Shown: in pieces, positions 61,199-64,000 of the stretch
Position numbering within the stretch: position 1 is the stretch's first letter
How the letters are laid out: every line of letters starts with the position of its first letter
Assembly (NCBI GenBank): GCA_038087875.1
Contig: CM075998.1
Span: 496,001 to 560,000, forward strand
Source: Malacoraja senta
Lineage: Eukaryota
Length of the DNA stretch: 64,000 nt
Direction of reading: 5' to 3'
The notes under the pieces: model-generated
Seen by the model: the letters and a program-made list of their open reading frames with translations, nothing else
What the model was told of the DNA's origin: nothing
Databases searched by the model: none
Position numbers and translations under genes: made by a program

Positions 61199-63244
61199 GT
61201 ACTGAGTATGCTCGAAAGGTAGGCTGAGTGAAACACCACACTTGAACCATACCTGGGTTTAAGCAAGAAATCCCTTTTCTGTAATTGGTGATAATCTTAT
61301 CATTTATAAGTCACATAAGCACACGGTGCAAGGCACACTTAAATTCTGTGCTTATTTGATAAGTTTGCTTTGGTGTAGTTAGAAATGGAAACATTATTAT
61401 TCTCCACGATGGAGGGTCAAGGAGTGAGATGCATCCTCAGTGTGCGATAGAAGCACATTATATCTGCCTTGTGGCTGATTCATTAGAATCCTCGGCTGAT
61501 AGTTAATGATTGGTTCTTTCCCACTTTTAAGAGCCAGAAAATATATGAGACCCAAAACGTCACCTATCCATGTTCTGCTGGGATGCTGCCTGACCTGCTG
61601 TTACTCCAGCATTTTGTGTCTTCCCTTGGTAAATCAGCATCTGCTGTTCCTTGTTTCTATACTCTGAAATGTTGATGAGTTCAAGTGAGACATGAATTTT
61701 ATTCGGAAGGATGGGGAAGGGCGAGAGAACATCTGCCCTCAATTGTTGCTCTACTTCACTGGGATCCTGGCTTGGAGAGAATTTGGGTTGGTGTCTTGGA
61801 CAGACTCATGAAGAGGTTTCTTTTAAAATCTGCTGGCTACTGTTTAAATTAACTGTGTAATTTCTTTAGATACTTTAGTTGTCATCTTTCTCTCCCATTA
61901 GTTTCCGGAGCTTGTATCTCACATCGCTGGAGAGGAATCCAATCATTTTGAAAATGGTTTGGGTATGTGACAAGACACTTCTTAAGTTATCTCATGGCAT
62001 GTACAGTGCAGTCAGGTTTTCAGATGTGAGGGAGTTGAAGTAACAAACAGTTAATGCTGAACCAGCTTTGGGTGAATTACTTCATTGGCTGCCATTAACT
62101 GGTCTCCTTCCCACGGATGGGCTCAGTATCTCATTTATCTCCTGAAATAAGGAGACCAAAGTTGTACATGGTACTCTTTTTGACGACCCTGATGAATTAC
62201 AATCCTGTGCTCTTTATTTTCATTACAGGTGAAACAATTATTGTGAAAGTCTGCAAAACAGAACAAGCAACTGCAGAATTAATAAGTAAAGTGCTAGATG
62301 GGAATCTGAAAGCTGCTGGCCTTCTGGCCAAATGCATCCACGAAGATATCCACATTGATGGTCCAGCCTCAGATGAACTAAATATAGACATTCCTATGGA
62401 CACCATAGGAATATGGGTTGATCCTATTGGTAAGTAAAACCTTTAACCATCTTACAAAAATAAATTCTCCCCACCATATGTGTGGATTAAAGTTTTCTGA
62501 AGGTGGGATTCTTTTGACTTTGCTGATCAAGGCAAAGCTAAATCAAGAAGTTGATTGTCTTGGAGGCATCCACACAAGCAGATAGAGATGTTCCCTTCCC
62601 CCATCACCCCAAACCCTTTTGCTTCTTCCTCCAGCAGTTGACCAATGATGATTGGAAAAATAATTACTTTGGAAAGTGATAAAAGTAAAATTCCTTGTGG
62701 GTGTTGTGAGAATTCCCAACATGAATATGTAACTCCAGACTCGGGGCAGTCTAACCCATAGCAGTCCTCTGAAATGGCCCAGCAAACTTTTCAGTTTGAC
62801 CAAATACCACCTAACAGCTGTGGGGTTGTTTGAGAAGGCTCCTCACCCAGCACATCCCCCAAGATGCAATTAGGAATGGGTGATAAATGCTGGTCCTGTC
62901 AGCGACACCTGGATTCTCAGAGAGATGTGAAAGAAAAAGCAAGAAGTACAAATGCTGTGGATTTACTGGGTCTGCACATTTCAATGAACTGAATTAAGTT
63001 GAACTGAATCTTTTTGTCCTTGAAAAAATCTTTGTATATATATTTTAAATCTTCTATGTTTCTGTTTTACAGATTCAACCAATCAGTACATAAAAGGACA
63101 ACTTGAGGAGAAGTACAAATCTGGCATTCACTCAAGTGGTCTGAAATCTGCTACTGTACTCATTGGAGTCTTTGATAGAAACTCAGGACAGCCAATAATG
63201 GGAGTCATTAATGCACCCTTTAACGATGTGGACCCCATCTTAAG
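60995..63244 (+). CDS. INPP1: Inositol polyphosphate 1-phosphatase-like, 3'-partial: join(60995..61198,61902..61962,62229..62429,63073..63244)
   Basis: Resembles INPP1 (SEKSANIARAC..LFQLLIEEKK..DFKTLADV; GEESN; GIWVDPIDST; LIGVFD..G.P.MGVIN.PF). Metal-binding EE and DPIDST motifs of the Li-sensitive inositol monophosphatase superfamily are intact. Orthologue versus paralogue is unresolved. Confidence 0.9.
61902..61962 (+). CDS. INPP1: INPP1-like coding exon 2 (FPELVSHIAGEESNHFENGL)
   Basis: cccattag|TTT ... TTG G|gtatgt; 61 nt. Confidence 0.92.
62229..62429 (+). CDS. INPP1: INPP1-like coding exon 3 (GETIIVKVC...GIWVDPI)
   Basis: ttacag|GT GAA ... ATT G|gtaagt; 201 nt. Confidence 0.93.
63073..63244 (+). 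CDS. INPP1: INPP1-like coding exon 4 (DSTNQYIKG...MGVINAPFNDVDPIL)
   Basis: ttttacag|AT TCA ACC; probable donor TTA AG|gtggag (weak); 172 nt. Confidence 0.85.
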
Positions 63245-63794
63245 GTGGAGTGATTTTCAGTATTTGCAATGAAAGGGTGTCGGTTATCTTCCAATCAAAT
63301 GGGATTTTGAGTAGTCAGAGTCCAATCTAAATACTGCATCCTGAGCAAATAAATGTTAGAAGACGATCAAAATCAGCACCATTTGAAGACAATTGTTCTT
63401 TTCTTTGAGGCCATGCAGAAAACTCTACCCATTTTCTAAAATTCTATAAGATACAAAAGAATAGTTGGCCAAAGGTTCTGCAACAGCACCTCCCAAACCT
63501 GTGATCTCTGCCACCTAGAAATATAATAGTAACAGAACATAGGAACACCACCACCTGCAGGTTGCCCTTCAAATTGCAGACAACCACGACTTGGAAATAG
63601 TTATAATTTAGTTTATTGTCACGGGTACCGAGGTACAGTGAAAAGCTTTTGTTGCGTGCAATCCGGTCAGCAGAAAGACAATACAAGATTACAATAGAGT
63701 CATTTACAGTGAAGGAATAGAGATTTAAGATTGTGGAGCAATTGTAATGTGAGTTTGTAAATCTTCTTATGTGGCCTGGGTTGGGCACTATCGA

Positions 63795-63985
63795 GACCAG
63801 CAACTGCAGATGCTGGTTTACAAAAGTCGACAAAGTGCTGAGGTAATTCAGCGGGTCATGCAGAATCCCTGGAGAACATTGGTGATGTTTAGGGTTGAAA
63901 TCCTTTTTCAGACTGAAATGTCACCTATCCATTTTCTCCAGAGATGCTGCCTGACCTGCTGAGTTATTGCAACACTTTGTGTCAA
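63795..63985. mobile_element. Degenerate palindromic mini-element
   Basis: CTGCAGATGCTGGTTTAC...AAAGTGCTG left arm and inverted GATGCTGCCTGACCTGCTGAGTTA right arm. Confidence 0.65.
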
Positions 63986-64000
63986 CTTGGAAATATATCA

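Overview
Vertebrate genomic DNA, most likely from a cartilaginous fish (skate, ray or shark), inferred from HE1-type V-SINEs, HER1/CR1-type LINEs and abundant Penelope elements. There are three protein-coding genes. (1) GDF11 (+): exons 2 and 3 at 10822-11195 and 14955-15335; exon 1 is not in the window. (2) SARNP/CIP29 (-): complete, 11 coding exons from 52967 to 32698, 209 aa, convergent with GDF11. (3) An INPP1-like inositol polyphosphate 1-phosphatase (+): head-to-head with SARNP, with four coding exons visible (60995-63244) and the rest beyond the window. The remainder is introns, UTR and intergenic sequence. It holds four different degenerate 33-40 bp minisatellites, a 200-N assembly gap, CR1 and Penelope fragments, and SINEs. 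Highlights: (a) a family of short TSD-flanked, often palindromic Penelope-derived insertions carrying minimal hammerhead ribozyme cores (CTGAAGA-stem II-GAAACGTC); (b) an INPP1 gene beside GDF11/SARNP, although human INPP1 lies near the paralogue MSTN, suggesting a retained ohnologue; (c) several substitutions in the normally very conserved GDF11 mature domain. Most ORFs in the supplied track are spurious or transposon-derived. All comparisons to human proteins are from memory, not from an alignment.
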